This document shows, in pieces, positions 18,423 through 29,804 of a stretch of DNA of 64,000 nt. The position numbers and the translations under genes were made by a program. The number at the start of each line of letters is the position of its first letter. Position 1 is the first letter of the stretch. The notes beneath the pieces are model-generated. The model did no database searches. It had not been told where the DNA came from and saw only the letters and a program-made list of their open reading frames with translations. The DNA is taken from assembly GCA_021813505.1 (NCBI GenBank), contig JAKAKI010000040.1, forward strand, positions 56,559 to 120,558. Reading direction: 5' to 3'. Origin of the DNA: a bacterium (GTDB taxonomy: Bacteria; Zixibacteria; MSB-5A5; WJJR01).

Positions 18423-20576
18423 ATGACCTTACTCGCGCTCATACGTTTGACCTCGTCCGGTTGGTACTGGGCAGCGCTCGCGTTGGTTTCGGCACTCGTC
18501 GGAATTGTGTTCTACTACCGGCGGACTGTTCCACCCCTTCGCCGGCCGGTCAAGCTCCCACTGATCGCACTTCGCACAATTGCGGCCGTTGCGCTATTCC
18601 TGGCTCTGGCCGATGCGCTTTGGGCGGCCATCAAAACCCAGCGCCAGCTTCACGATCTCATCGTGCTGACGGACCACTCCGCCAGCATGAAGGAGCTCGA
18701 TGATCTGAAGGATGGGCGTTACGATCGAGCGGGCTCCTACGCGGATCGCATTCTGAGTTCCATGAAGGAACGGGCGGCCATTCACCGGTACACTTTTGCG
18801 GAGTCGTTGAGAACTGAGCCGGCGCTCCCCGATTCGTTTGGAATGTCGACCGATCTTGGGGATGCCCTTCTTGATCTGTCCCGGAAGCTGCGGGAGTTGA
18901 ATCCTCGGGCCGTTGTGGTCTTGTCGGACGGAGCGAATAACCGGGGCACCGATCCCGCCGAGGCAGTATCGCGACTGGGGATTCCGGTCGTCACGGTTGG
19001 ATTTGGCAAAACCGCCGGCACGGAGGCGCGCGTCGTCGAGGCCATCGCCCCGGAGGTCGCCCTGACAGGGAAGTCATTTGAGATTACCGGGGCGCTGCAA
19101 GGCGGAGCGGGAGACCAGAAGGCTACCCTTCGCCTGACCAGCCATGGCCGAACCCTTCTCCAGCAGCCGGCCGATCTGGGCAGCGGCGGGGCGAGAACCC
19201 CTTTTACGATGTCCACCGTGGTGGATTCACCCGGTGTCCATGACTTCCGCATTGATGTCGTCGGCGCCGACGGCCGGGCCAATCCGGCGGCGGGTCGTTC
19301 GCTGTTTGTCCGCGTGCTCAAGGGCCGGATCAAGGTGATGCTCTTTGCCGGGGAACTCGACTGGGAGTTCTCCTACCTCAAGCGATTCCTCGAACGGCAG
19401 TCACGGATCGAGTTGATTCCGATCATCCTGTCCAAGCCGACGATAGGGCACGCCATGCCGACGGCCTCGGATTGGAATGACGCTGACGTCGTTGTCTTTA
19501 TGCATCTGTCGAGGCAACAATTGGAGACTGTTTGGTCGCCCCACGCCGCCCAGTTTAGCGCGCCTGGGCACGGAGTCGCTTTCATCCTGAATAAACGATT
19601 CACCGAAGGGGCGCCGCGTTCAACGGCCTATCCATTTGAGTTTCTCAAGGGGAATCCGGTCACCCTGAGCGGGGAATTTCCCCTGCGTCCCCAATCGACA
19701 CGGCAGAATCACCCGATCATCCGGCTTGATCCGGCCAGTGACTGGGCCAAAACAAGTGCTCTTTGGTCCGACCGTCCGCCGTGGACAGACATGGTTTGCA
19801 TCGGCGGTTTGCCCGCTAATGCGGATGTGCTGGTGCGGTCAGGGAGGAGCGTGTCGGGTGAAGAGTGCCCGGCGATCTGGACTCGTATATCCCGCGGGGG
19901 CAAGTCGCTGGTCGTTTCCGGCGGCCCGTTCTGGCGATGGGCTGCCGACCGGGCTGGGTCGGGGATGCCCGCCCGGGAGTACGAAGCATTCTGGAGCAAC
20001 GCCATCCATTGGCTGTCGCTGCGCGATGAGACCGACCGGCTGGCGGTACGCTCCGACCAGCAAGTCTACCATGTCGGCGAGCCGATTATCCTCAGTGGCT
20101 CGGTCTACGATGAAGTCTACCGCTTTATGGACCGGGCCGAAGTCACAGCGCATGTCTGGTCGGATTCGGCGGCCCACGAGTCACTGAGTGTGTTCTTGCC
20201 TCCAGGCTCCGGGGATCGCTTTGAGGGTCGCGTGACTCATCTTGCACCGGGCACCTACCACTACAATGGCCAGGCCAAAGTTGACAGTACCGTCATGCCG
20301 CTGACCGGCGGGGTGTTTCGGGTTGAGCCCTACGGGCTGGAACAACAAGCCACCGGGTTGAACGAGACAGGTCTCCGGGCCGTGGCGCGCCAATCCGGGG
20401 GACGGTACTACAGCGAAAACGAGCCACCGGCCGTGTTGGATTCCCTCGATTGGACAGCTTCCATACGGCAGACGGTCCACGAGGTGCCGTTGTGGAACCA
20501 GTCGCTCCTGCTCGGCATTTTCATTGCTACTCTTCTGGCAGAATGGTTTGTCCGGCGGCGAAAACAACTTCTGTAG
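18423..20576 (+). CDS. VWA-domain membrane protein with N-terminal double-TM anchor and C-terminal TM
   Basis: N-terminal 'LLALIRLTSSGWYWAALALVSALVGIVFYYRR' resembles a TIGR02226-type double-TM domain. VWA-like 'LIVLTDHSASM...VVVLSDGANN'. C-terminal TM 'LLLGIFIATLLAEWFVRRRK'. Confidence 0.5.
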   Translation: MTLLALIRLTSSGWYWAALALVSALVGIVFYYRRTVPPLRRPVKLPLIALRTIAAVALFLALADALWAAIKTQRQLHDLIVLTDHSASMKELDDLKDGRYDRAGSYADRILSSMKERAAIHRYTFAESLRTEPALPDSFGMSTDLGDALLDLSRKLRELNPRAVVVLSDGANNRGTDPAEAVSRLGIPVVTVGFGKTAGTEARVVEAIAPEVALTGKSFEITGALQGGAGDQKATLRLTSHGRTLLQQPADLGSGGARTPFTMSTVVDSPGVHDFRIDVVGADGRANPAAGRSLFVRVLKGRIKVMLFAGELDWEFSYLKRFLERQSRIELIPIILSKPTIGHAMPTASDWNDADVVVFMHLSRQQLETVWSPHAAQFSAPGHGVAFILNKRFTEGAPRSTAYPFEFLKGNPVTLSGEFPLRPQSTRQNHPIIRLDPASDWAKTSALWSDRPPWTDMVCIGGLPANADVLVRSGRSVSGEECPAIWTRISRGGKSLVVSGGPFWRWAADRAGSGMPAREYEAFWSNAIHWLSLRDETDRLAVRSDQQVYHVGEPIILSGSVYDEVYRFMDRAEVTAHVWSDSAAHESLSVFLPPGSGDRFEGRVTHLAPGTYHYNGQAKVDSTVMPLTGGVFRVEPYGLEQQATGLNETGLRAVARQSGGRYYSENEPPAVLDSLDWTASIRQTVHEVPLWNQSLLLGIFIATLLAEWFVRRRKQLL

Positions 20577-20676
20577 CGGCATCCGCTCGACCAAGTTAAG
20601 GCCACGAATTCCATTGACGCATGTGGACCGGCCACTTTCTTTGTGAGTCCCGCCCCTCGATGCCATGGCGCATTGA

Positions 20677-22002
<1,326 letters not shown>

Positions 22003-22021
22003 AGCCGTTGAGCCAGATCCC

Positions 22022-22417
22022 ATGATGAATCGTCCACCCCATCGTCTGTCACGGCAGGAACGGCGCCGCCAAAGCGGACCCGTGGCCGTTACCGCGTTTC
22101 AACGCGCCGTGTTTGACCGCGAACGCGGTGGTCTGCCACCGAAGACGCGATTGATACTTCGGGTGATCGGTTGTGCCGTGCTGCTGTATGTGTTTGTCGC
22201 CGGGAACATGGGTATTCTGAAGATGATGGATCTGCGGCGTTCCGAGCGGACGCTGACGCGCCGTGACACCCGATTGGCGGCGCAGGTCATGTCTTTGGAT
22301 ACGCGCCGGCGCATGCTTGAATCCGATACAACGTACATCGAGAAAGTGGCCCGCACCGAATACCATCTGTCGCGGCCGGGCGAAGTCATCTACGAAATCG
22401 AAAAGCCCACACCGTGA
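22022..22417 (+). CDS. ftsB: Septum formation initiator FtsB/DivIC family
   Basis: Single TM plus coiled coil. C-terminus 'IEKVARTEYHLSRPGEVIYEIE' is similar to the FtsB tail. Start at ATG 22022, just after the eno stop. Confidence 0.65.
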   Translation: MMNRPPHRLSRQERRRQSGPVAVTAFQRAVFDRERGGLPPKTRLILRVIGCAVLLYVFVAGNMGILKMMDLRRSERTLTRRDTRLAAQVMSLDTRRRMLESDTTYIEKVARTEYHLSRPGEVIYEIEKPTP

Positions 22418-22423
22418 GCCGCC

Positions 22424-23239
22424 ATGCCCGGACCTGCCGTCACTGAGGCGATCTGCCTGACGGTGCAGAAGTTCTCGGAAACTTCCAAGATTGCCATCCT
22501 GTACACGCGGGCCTGGGGGCGCATCTCGGTGATCGCCAAAGGTGCGTACCGTCCCAAGTCCCAATTCTGGGGACACCTCGATCCGCTATCCGTGGCCGAG
22601 TGCGTGATCTACAAGAAACCGACCGAGAGGCTGCAGCTTCTATCGTCGTGCCGGGCAATAGCGCCATGGACCGGGCTGACCGGGTCGCTGACCAGAGCGG
22701 CATTCGGATTTGCCGTGGGGGAATTTCTCTATCGGCACACGTACGAGGAGAACGATCCGGAATTGTTCGGCCTGGCCTGCAACACGCTCCAGTCGATTTC
22801 GCGGCTCCCCGAGCGGCTCACCGCCCGCCAGTTCTGGGGATTCATGCTCGGCGCGGTTGGGTGCTTGGGGTTCCGTCCGGAGTTTGATGTCTGCGACGGA
22901 TGCGGACGCAAGCCGGCTGCCGATCAGAGAGTGGTGTTCGATGCCATTGCCGGAAAGATCATCTGCCGGCAATGCCGTCGCGAGGGAGGCCGTCCGCATG
23001 TCCTCTCCCCGGAAGCGCTGAATGAGTTGATAAAGCGGCAGCGCCAGCCGATATTGGACCCTAATGGGGCGGAACTCACTCCAGCCGCGCTGGAGGAGAT
23101 TGCCGCCTCAATTGAGGACTTCACTGTGTACCATCTCGGCGGGAGCCGGTTGAGATCGCTGGGATTCGCACGGCGGGTGGGCTCAGTGGAGCAGGTGAAC
23201 CAACGGGAGTCGAAAAAAACGGACGAAATGGAGGCATAG
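22424..23239 (+). CDS. recO: DNA repair protein RecO
   Basis: RecO OB-fold N-terminus. Zinc-binding 'CDGCG...CRQC'. Confidence 0.8.
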   Translation: MPGPAVTEAICLTVQKFSETSKIAILYTRAWGRISVIAKGAYRPKSQFWGHLDPLSVAECVIYKKPTERLQLLSSCRAIAPWTGLTGSLTRAAFGFAVGEFLYRHTYEENDPELFGLACNTLQSISRLPERLTARQFWGFMLGAVGCLGFRPEFDVCDGCGRKPAADQRVVFDAIAGKIICRQCRREGGRPHVLSPEALNELIKRQRQPILDPNGAELTPAALEEIAASIEDFTVYHLGGSRLRSLGFARRVGSVEQVNQRESKKTDEMEA

Positions 23240-24585
23240 TGGCCAAGCCCGGTACCGATCAAACGATGGACAAGATTGTTTCGCTCTGTAAGCGAAAGGG
23301 GTTCGTATTCGGCTCGTCAGAGATCTACGGCGGCATCAATTCCTGCTGGGATTTCGGGCCTCTGGGCGTGGAGCTGAAGCGCAACATCAAGGATCACTGG
23401 TGGAGGACCATGACCCACCGGCGTGATGATGTCGAGGGACTCGACGCCGCGATTCTGATGCATCCCAAAGTGTGGGAGACCTCCGGGCACGTCGCGGGAT
23501 TCACCGATCCGCTCGTGGATTGCAAGGAATGCAAGTCGCGGTTCCGCCTCGATCAGCTCGAAGAATCGATGTGCGGCAGCCCGGCGTACAAGGGACGAAA
23601 AGCCTCCAAGTGCCATGCCGAGGGGAAATTCACCGAGGCGCGGCAGTTCAATCTCATGTTCAAGACATTTATGGGACCGGTTGAGGACGAAGCCAATATC
23701 GTGTTCCTGCGTCCCGAAACCGCGCAGGGGATTTACGTCAATTTCCTGAACGTCATGCAGCCCATGCGGCGGAAGGTTCCCTTCGGCATCGCCCAGATCG
23801 GAAAGGCCTTCCGTAATGAAATTTCTCCAGGGAATTTCATCTTCCGCTCACGCGAGTTTGAGCAAATGGAGATGCAATTCTTTATTGACCCCAAGGATGA
23901 CTTGAAGTGGTTCGAGTACTGGAAGGAAGAGCGGCTGAACTGGTATTTGAATCTGGGCATACGCCGCGAAAAGATGCGGTTTCACCAGCACGGCCCCGGT
24001 GAATTGGCGCATTATGCCAAGGATGCTTTCGATATCGAATACGAGTTTCCATTCGGCTGGAAGGAATTCGAAGGCATTCACAATCGCACCGATTTCGATC
24101 TGAGCCGCCACAAGGAAGCGACCGGCGTCGATCTGACCTATTTTGACGAAGAAACGCGAGTCCGATTTGTCCCCTACATCATTGAGACCTCGGCCGGTGC
24201 GGATCGGTCCACGCTGGTCTGCCTCGTTGACGGTTATCGTGAAGAAGAAGTGAAAGGGGAGATGCGGGTCGTAATTCGCCTCGATCCGCGCATTGCTCCG
24301 ATCAAAGTCGCGATCTTCCCGCTGGTCAATCGCGACGGGATGCCGGAAACCGCCTTGAAACTGGATGCCGATTTGCGCCGCAAGTTCAAGACCTTCTATG
24401 ACGACAAGGGCGCGGTCGGACGCCGGTATCGCCGCATGGATGAAGTTGGGACACCATACTGTGTCACGATCGATTCACAAACCGCGGAAGATCAGACCGT
24501 CACGATCCGCGATCGTGACTCGATGGAGCAAATTCGCCTGCCGATGGACCGGCTGGCGGGTTGGTTGGACGAGAAGCTGGCCTAA
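23239..24585 (+). CDS. glyQS: Glycine--tRNA ligase (class II, homodimeric GlyQS type)
   Basis: GTG start overlapping the recO stop. 'FVFGSSEIYGG...WDFGPLGVELKRNI', 'FRNEISPGNFIFRSREFEQMEMQFF'. Confidence 0.9.
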   Translation: MAKPGTDQTMDKIVSLCKRKGFVFGSSEIYGGINSCWDFGPLGVELKRNIKDHWWRTMTHRRDDVEGLDAAILMHPKVWETSGHVAGFTDPLVDCKECKSRFRLDQLEESMCGSPAYKGRKASKCHAEGKFTEARQFNLMFKTFMGPVEDEANIVFLRPETAQGIYVNFLNVMQPMRRKVPFGIAQIGKAFRNEISPGNFIFRSREFEQMEMQFFIDPKDDLKWFEYWKEERLNWYLNLGIRREKMRFHQHGPGELAHYAKDAFDIEYEFPFGWKEFEGIHNRTDFDLSRHKEATGVDLTYFDEETRVRFVPYIIETSAGADRSTLVCLVDGYREEEVKGEMRVVIRLDPRIAPIKVAIFPLVNRDGMPETALKLDADLRRKFKTFYDDKGAVGRRYRRMDEVGTPYCVTIDSQTAEDQTVTIRDRDSMEQIRLPMDRLAGWLDEKLA

Positions 24586-24603
24586 GGACCTCTCGGCGTT
24601 GCG

Positions 24604-26232
24604 ATGCCTGCCGGGCCTCCCCCTATGGAAACGGCCTCAAGCGGGTTTGATCCGCCTCACGAAGGATTGCCGGTGCGCCTTCCGGCGGTCACTGTTCTTG
24701 TACTGGTGATTGCGTGGGCGCTCATCGACGTCTGGCGATCCTACCCGCAAGAATTCTTTCCCCGATTCTGGGACGAAGCCATCTACATGGTCGACGTGAA
24801 CACCCCCGGTGTGCTCGCGGGCCGATTCACCGGAGACATGCATTACGCGGCGGCCAAGCCGGGTTACGGCTGGTCATTGGCCGGGGCGGTCGCGATATTT
24901 GGCGACCGCGGCGCCATGTACTTGTCCACCTTCTGGTGGCTCCTGACCATCGGGGTGATCAGTTTGGCTATCCTGCGCCGGTTTGGAGGAATCGCTGGCC
25001 TGTTTGCGGCGGCTCTCCTGGCCTATTCGCCGCTATTCGGAAAATATGTCGCGGAGGCGGGGCCGACCACGATGGCCGCCTGTTCCTTTTCGTTATTGTG
25101 GATCAGCTATGACCGGCGCCGCTGGTGGGCCGCCGGCCTGGCCATTGGCGGCCTGGCCCTGATTGATTTCAAGTGGATACCACCGGTAGTGATTGCGGTG
25201 GTTCTGATCGAGGTTCTTCTGGAACGCAATCGGCCCTGGCGGCATCGAGTGGCTTTCGTCGGCCGTGCCGCGCTGGTTGCCGCATCTATTCCAGCGTTGT
25301 TGATTCTGGTTCACCGTCCATTCGGCGACTACTTGTGGAACTACCTATTTGTTCACGAGCGAATCATGGGGTTGCACGTGTCCCCCGTGCTACTGTACTT
25401 CCTGCTTCGCTTCGGAATGGGATTGGCGATAGCCGCCGCCGCCGTATCATTATTGCTGACTCCGATTCGTGAGCGCCTTGGCAATCTGGGAGAGACACAA
25501 GTCAGATCACTTCTCGTGGCCCTTGTTCTTGCCATTGTTCCAATCGCGTTCTACTCGGTGTTTGGACCGCTCAAGGCTCTGCGGTTCTTTGCCGTCCCGT
25601 TCCCATTGCTGGTGATTCCCGTCGCGGTCGTCATCAGTCTCGCATTCGAGTGGGGCCGGGAGCGGCTCCGGAGCTGCCGTCCGATTGCACGTTGGACCAT
25701 GGCCGCGGTGCTCGCGGCCATGCTGAGCCTTCCAATTCTGGTTGCCTCCGATGGTCCGGCACGTCATCTCAGAATCCCGACATGCTACCCGCAGGCGTTG
25801 ACCCGGCTGGCGGAGATTGCTCCGGAGAGCGGCGTGATTTCCTCCTATATCTGGCCGGTGCCCTTCTACGGCCAGCGGGGGACCTTAAAGACATACCCAT
25901 TCACATTCTGGGGCGTGAAGCCGGGGGTAAAATGGCTGGCCTCCGACCGTGTGCTTGACGTCGTAACAGTCGAGAATCGCCAGCGACTCAGTTCCGCAGC
26001 GTCAGCGTCCCCCGAGTCTTTCCTTGCCGGTCAGCGTGAGAGTTTCCTCCCCTACCTGGATTCGCTATTTTCCGTACCCAGTGACTTTTATGCTTCCGAC
26101 TATTTCCTTGCCGAACAGGTCGTCGGGGGAATTGGCACGATGCGGCGGTGGGAGGCGCTCAGTCGGGACCGACAGAATGTCCTCACGCTCTACCGAATCA
26201 ATCCGGGGCTGTGGCAGCAACCCGGTCATTGA
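24604..26232 (+). CDS. Polytopic membrane protein, ArnT/PMT-like GT-C glycosyltransferase fold (paralogue A)
   Basis: 542 aa. ~11 TM helices followed by a soluble C-domain. 'RFWDEAIYM' (DE motif in the first loop) and 'LLAYSPLFGKY(V/I)AEAGPTT'. ~45% identical to the next gene. Confidence 0.5.
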   Translation: MPAGPPPMETASSGFDPPHEGLPVRLPAVTVLVLVIAWALIDVWRSYPQEFFPRFWDEAIYMVDVNTPGVLAGRFTGDMHYAAAKPGYGWSLAGAVAIFGDRGAMYLSTFWWLLTIGVISLAILRRFGGIAGLFAAALLAYSPLFGKYVAEAGPTTMAACSFSLLWISYDRRRWWAAGLAIGGLALIDFKWIPPVVIAVVLIEVLLERNRPWRHRVAFVGRAALVAASIPALLILVHRPFGDYLWNYLFVHERIMGLHVSPVLLYFLLRFGMGLAIAAAAVSLLLTPIRERLGNLGETQVRSLLVALVLAIVPIAFYSVFGPLKALRFFAVPFPLLVIPVAVVISLAFEWGRERLRSCRPIARWTMAAVLAAMLSLPILVASDGPARHLRIPTCYPQALTRLAEIAPESGVISSYIWPVPFYGQRGTLKTYPFTFWGVKPGVKWLASDRVLDVVTVENRQRLSSAASASPESFLAGQRESFLPYLDSLFSVPSDFYASDYFLAEQVVGGIGTMRRWEALSRDRQNVLTLYRINPGLWQQPGH

Positions 26233-26253
26233 GAGTACGTTTGGTGATGTCAG

Positions 26254-27861
26254 ATGCACGGTTCGGATGAATACATGGCAACGGGCAGGATGAAGACACC
26301 CAGGGCGATCTTGATCGTTCTGGCGCTCATTGTGGTTTGGGCCGTTGTCGACATTATCCGCTCGTATCCGTCTGAGTTTCACCCGCGCTTCTGGGATGAG
26401 GCGATCTACATGATCGATGTTCGGGCGCCTGGAGCGTTGTTTGCCCCCGATGTCGGCTCCATTCGGTACGCGCCGGCCAAGCTCGGTTACGGTCTGTTGC
26501 TCGATGGAGCGGACAAACTCTTTGGTCCCTCCGGGGCCATGTATCTTTCGACTACCTGCTGGCTTCTGGCGATTGTGCTCGTTGCGCTCACCCTCGGGCG
26601 TCGCATCGGAAGCTTTGCCGGTTTGTTTGCCGCTGCGATGCTCGCGTATTCCCCGCTGTTTGGTAAGTATATCGCGGAGGCGGGCCCTACCACGCTGGCA
26701 GCGCTTGTCTTTGTCCTGCTCTGGCTGATCTATCCGCGCCGGCGGTTCTGGGCCACCGGATTGATCGTTGGAGTTCTGGCGGCGGTCGATTTCAAATGGA
26801 TACCTCCGGTGGCGTTGTCGGTTGTTGTGGCCGAGCTGATCATTGAACGGCACAGGACATGGAAGGAACGGATCGTGTTTGTCGCCGGGGTGGCACTGAC
26901 GGCATTCGCCATGCTGACTGTCATCAAGATTCTCCATCCCCCGTTCCGCGATTACCTGTTGGGATATATTTCCAAACATAGTGGCATCGTCGGCCTGGCA
27001 CCTTCAGGAATATTCTTCTATTACCTTCTCCTGTTTGGCGCATTTCCTGTCTTCGCGGTGGCCGCAATCGCCTGGGCGATCGCAGCGTTGAAGCGCAAAC
27101 CTATTGGGCTGACAGCAGATTCGTCGAGAGTGATCTGGTACGGATGCGTACTTTCCTGTGTGCCGATTCTGTTCTATTCGGTCTTCGGTTCGCTGAAGGC
27201 GATGCGTTTCTACGCGGTCCTGTTTCCTCTCCTCGCTGTGCCGGTCAGTTATGGACTCCACCTGGCGGTGACGCGGTTTCTTGATTATTCAGACCGGAGC
27301 AGGACAGTTGGCCGGCCCGTCATCGTTTGGGGCAGTGCGTTAGTCCTTGCCAGCCTGATTGTGATTGGATCCGATGGTCCGGCGCGCCATCTGCGCTTGC
27401 GTTCGTGTTTCCCTGACGCCTTGGTACGTCTCGAAGAGATGGAAGGCCACGAAGGGGCGATCTCTTCGTACATCTGGCCGGTTGTGCATTACGAGTGGAG
27501 CTACCCGTTGAAAGAGGCGCCATTCACGCTGTGGGGCATCAGCTCGGGGGAGAGGTGGCTGGCGACGGATCCGATCCTCGACCGCGTCACGATCGAAGGG
27601 CGCCTCGCCCTCGATCCCAGTATTGGGATCACGGCGGATTCCCTATGGAATCTCCAACAGGTGATGCGACGCGGTTTCTGTGATTCGTTGTTCAGTGTTC
27701 CGAGTGAATTCTACGCTTCGGATTATTTCATGTGTGAGCAGACCGTTCTGGGCATTCCGGCCTTGCGACGCTGGCGCTCGTTTCGGCGGCCGGATGGGAA
27801 TTTCGTCACCATGTATCGCATCGATCAGGCCCGGCTGAAGCTGGGTGCACGTGAGCGTTAA
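26254..27861 (+). CDS. Polytopic membrane protein, ArnT/PMT-like GT-C glycosyltransferase fold (paralogue B)
   Basis: 535 aa. Collinear with paralogue A ('RFWDEAIYMIDV', 'FAGLFAAAMLAYSPLFGKYIAEAGPTT', 'VPSEFYASDYF'). Confidence 0.5.
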   Translation: MHGSDEYMATGRMKTPRAILIVLALIVVWAVVDIIRSYPSEFHPRFWDEAIYMIDVRAPGALFAPDVGSIRYAPAKLGYGLLLDGADKLFGPSGAMYLSTTCWLLAIVLVALTLGRRIGSFAGLFAAAMLAYSPLFGKYIAEAGPTTLAALVFVLLWLIYPRRRFWATGLIVGVLAAVDFKWIPPVALSVVVAELIIERHRTWKERIVFVAGVALTAFAMLTVIKILHPPFRDYLLGYISKHSGIVGLAPSGIFFYYLLLFGAFPVFAVAAIAWAIAALKRKPIGLTADSSRVIWYGCVLSCVPILFYSVFGSLKAMRFYAVLFPLLAVPVSYGLHLAVTRFLDYSDRSRTVGRPVIVWGSALVLASLIVIGSDGPARHLRLRSCFPDALVRLEEMEGHEGAISSYIWPVVHYEWSYPLKEAPFTLWGISSGERWLATDPILDRVTIEGRLALDPSIGITADSLWNLQQVMRRGFCDSLFSVPSEFYASDYFMCEQTVLGIPALRRWRSFRRPDGNFVTMYRIDQARLKLGARER

Positions 27862-27906
27862 GCTCGCTTGTCTGCATCGATACATTCGTTCGGAGATCAA
27901 CCTGAT

Positions 27907-29004
27907 ATGTCCACGTCATCATTGACCGATCTGGAAATCCTTGCGCTCGACTTCTGGCCAATCACCGTCCCGCTGACCGACACATTTGCGATCTCAAGCG
28001 GGTCGATCACCAGTGCCGAAAGCGTTTTCATTCGCGTGACACTCCGTGGAGGCGCCACGGGGTTCGGCGAGTGCGCGCCATTCACCAGCATCACCGGTGA
28101 GGATCAGGGCGGGACACTTAAGGCTGTTGAACGGCTCAAGGAGGCCGTTGTGGGCAACTCCTGCGGAGCTTTGCGGGCGCTCAGCCGGATGCTGGCCGAG
28201 CGGGCGACCTCGGCTCCGGCGGCGCGATGTGGAATCGAGACCGCGGTATTGGATGCCTTCTGTCATGCCGCGGGAATTCCGATGTGGACCTATTTCGGAG
28301 GGGCCTCCCAGGATGGGTTCGAGACCGATATTACCCTGCCGATGCTGGGACGGGAGAAATGCCTGCAACTGGCGGACTACTGGCATCGCCGGGGATTCCG
28401 GGTCTTGAAGGTCAAAGTCGGCAGCCATGTCGATTCGGACATTGCCGTGATCCACGACATCTTCGCGCGTTATCCCGACACCTCGTTTGTTGTCGATGCC
28501 AATCAGGGATTCAGCGAGCCCGATGCCTTGCTCTTGATGCGGGCTCTCCAGAAAAGCGGCGTTGCGGTCCGCATAATCGAGCAGCCGGTTCAGAAGTCCG
28601 ATCTCGAGGCGATGGCGCGGTTGCGCCGGGAGAGGATCTACCCGATCTGCGCGGATGAATCGGCGGCGTCGCGGCAGGATGCCGTCGAGCTCGTGCGGGC
28701 CGGTGCCGCTGACATCATCAATATCAAGATCATGAAATGCGGCGTTGTCGAGGCGTTCGACATCGCGCTCTACGGTCTCACGGCCGGTCTTCAAATCATG
28801 TTCGGCGGCATGATGGAAACACGTCTGGCGATGGGCTGCTCGCTGGCCATGGCCGCCGGGATCGGTTCGGTGCACACGCTGGATTTGGACACACCTCTTC
28901 TGATGGCCGAGGACCCGCTCACCGGTGGATATCAATACGATGGCCCGCGGATGGTACTGGCCGAGGGGGCAGGGATGGGGGTTGCGGCTCAACTCAAGAT
29001 GTAA
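27907..29004 (+). CDS. Enolase-superfamily dipeptide epimerase / MLE-subgroup enzyme (L-Ala-D/L-Glu epimerase-like)
   Basis: KxK 'VLKVKVG'. Metal ligands 'DANQG', 'IEQP', 'CADES'. Second base 'INIKIMKCG'. Confidence 0.7.
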   Translation: MSTSSLTDLEILALDFWPITVPLTDTFAISSGSITSAESVFIRVTLRGGATGFGECAPFTSITGEDQGGTLKAVERLKEAVVGNSCGALRALSRMLAERATSAPAARCGIETAVLDAFCHAAGIPMWTYFGGASQDGFETDITLPMLGREKCLQLADYWHRRGFRVLKVKVGSHVDSDIAVIHDIFARYPDTSFVVDANQGFSEPDALLLMRALQKSGVAVRIIEQPVQKSDLEAMARLRRERIYPICADESAASRQDAVELVRAGAADIINIKIMKCGVVEAFDIALYGLTAGLQIMFGGMMETRLAMGCSLAMAAGIGSVHTLDLDTPLLMAEDPLTGGYQYDGPRMVLAEGAGMGVAAQLKM

Positions 29005-29032
29005 TTCCTATCGCTTTCCATCGCGACTTAGC

Positions 29033-29782
29033 ATGGCACAGACCTCCTCCATCGAATGGACCAACTCCACCTGGAACCCCATCACCGGGTGCGACAAGGT
29101 CAGCCCGGGGTGCAAATTCTGCTACGCAGAGCGGATGGCGCGGCGGTTGAAAGCCATGGGTTCCGAGAACTACCGGAATGGGTTCGAGTTGACACTTCAC
29201 CCACTGGTCCTGGAAACGCCACTTCGCTGGAAGAAGCCGCAGGTGATCTTTGTCAATTCGATGAGCGACCTGTTCCATAAGGATGTCCCGCTCGCCTTCG
29301 TTCAGAAGACTTTTGACGTGATGGCCAAAGCGTCGTGGCACCAGTTCCAAGTTCTCACCAAGCGGGCAGACCGACTGGCCGCGGTGCACGCCAGTCTGCC
29401 TTGGCCGCAGAACGTTTGGATGGGTGTGAGTGTCGAGAACGCGGACTACGTTCACCGCATTCACGATCTGCGCAAGGTGCCGGCGGCCGTGCGTTTTCTC
29501 TCGGTTGAGCCCCTGCTTGCACCGATCCCAAACCTGCCATTGACCGGTATTGACTGGGTCATTGTGGGCGGTGAATCCGGCCCTGGCTGCCGACCGATGG
29601 ATGCAGATTGGGTACGCCAGATTCGCGACCGGTGTATTTCGCAGGACGTACCGTTCTTCTTCAAGCAGTGGGGAGGCGTGCATAAGAAGCGGAATGGCCG
29701 GGAACTCGATGGCCGTACTTGGAGCCAGATGCCGGCCCCAAAGGCACGGCGAGCGTCACGCCGGGTGTTGGTGAAGGCTTAG
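29033..29782 (+). CDS. Phage Gp37/Gp68-family protein (DUF5131)
   Basis: Start at internal ATG 29033. Hallmark N-terminus '[34 protein letters not shown]'. Confidence 0.7.
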   Translation: MAQTSSIEWTNSTWNPITGCDKVSPGCKFCYAERMARRLKAMGSENYRNGFELTLHPLVLETPLRWKKPQVIFVNSMSDLFHKDVPLAFVQKTFDVMAKASWHQFQVLTKRADRLAAVHASLPWPQNVWMGVSVENADYVHRIHDLRKVPAAVRFLSVEPLLAPIPNLPLTGIDWVIVGGESGPGCRPMDADWVRQIRDRCISQDVPFFFKQWGGVHKKRNGRELDGRTWSQMPAPKARRASRRVLVKA

Positions 29783-29804
29783 AGCAGATTTCTCCCGGTC
29801 AGTC

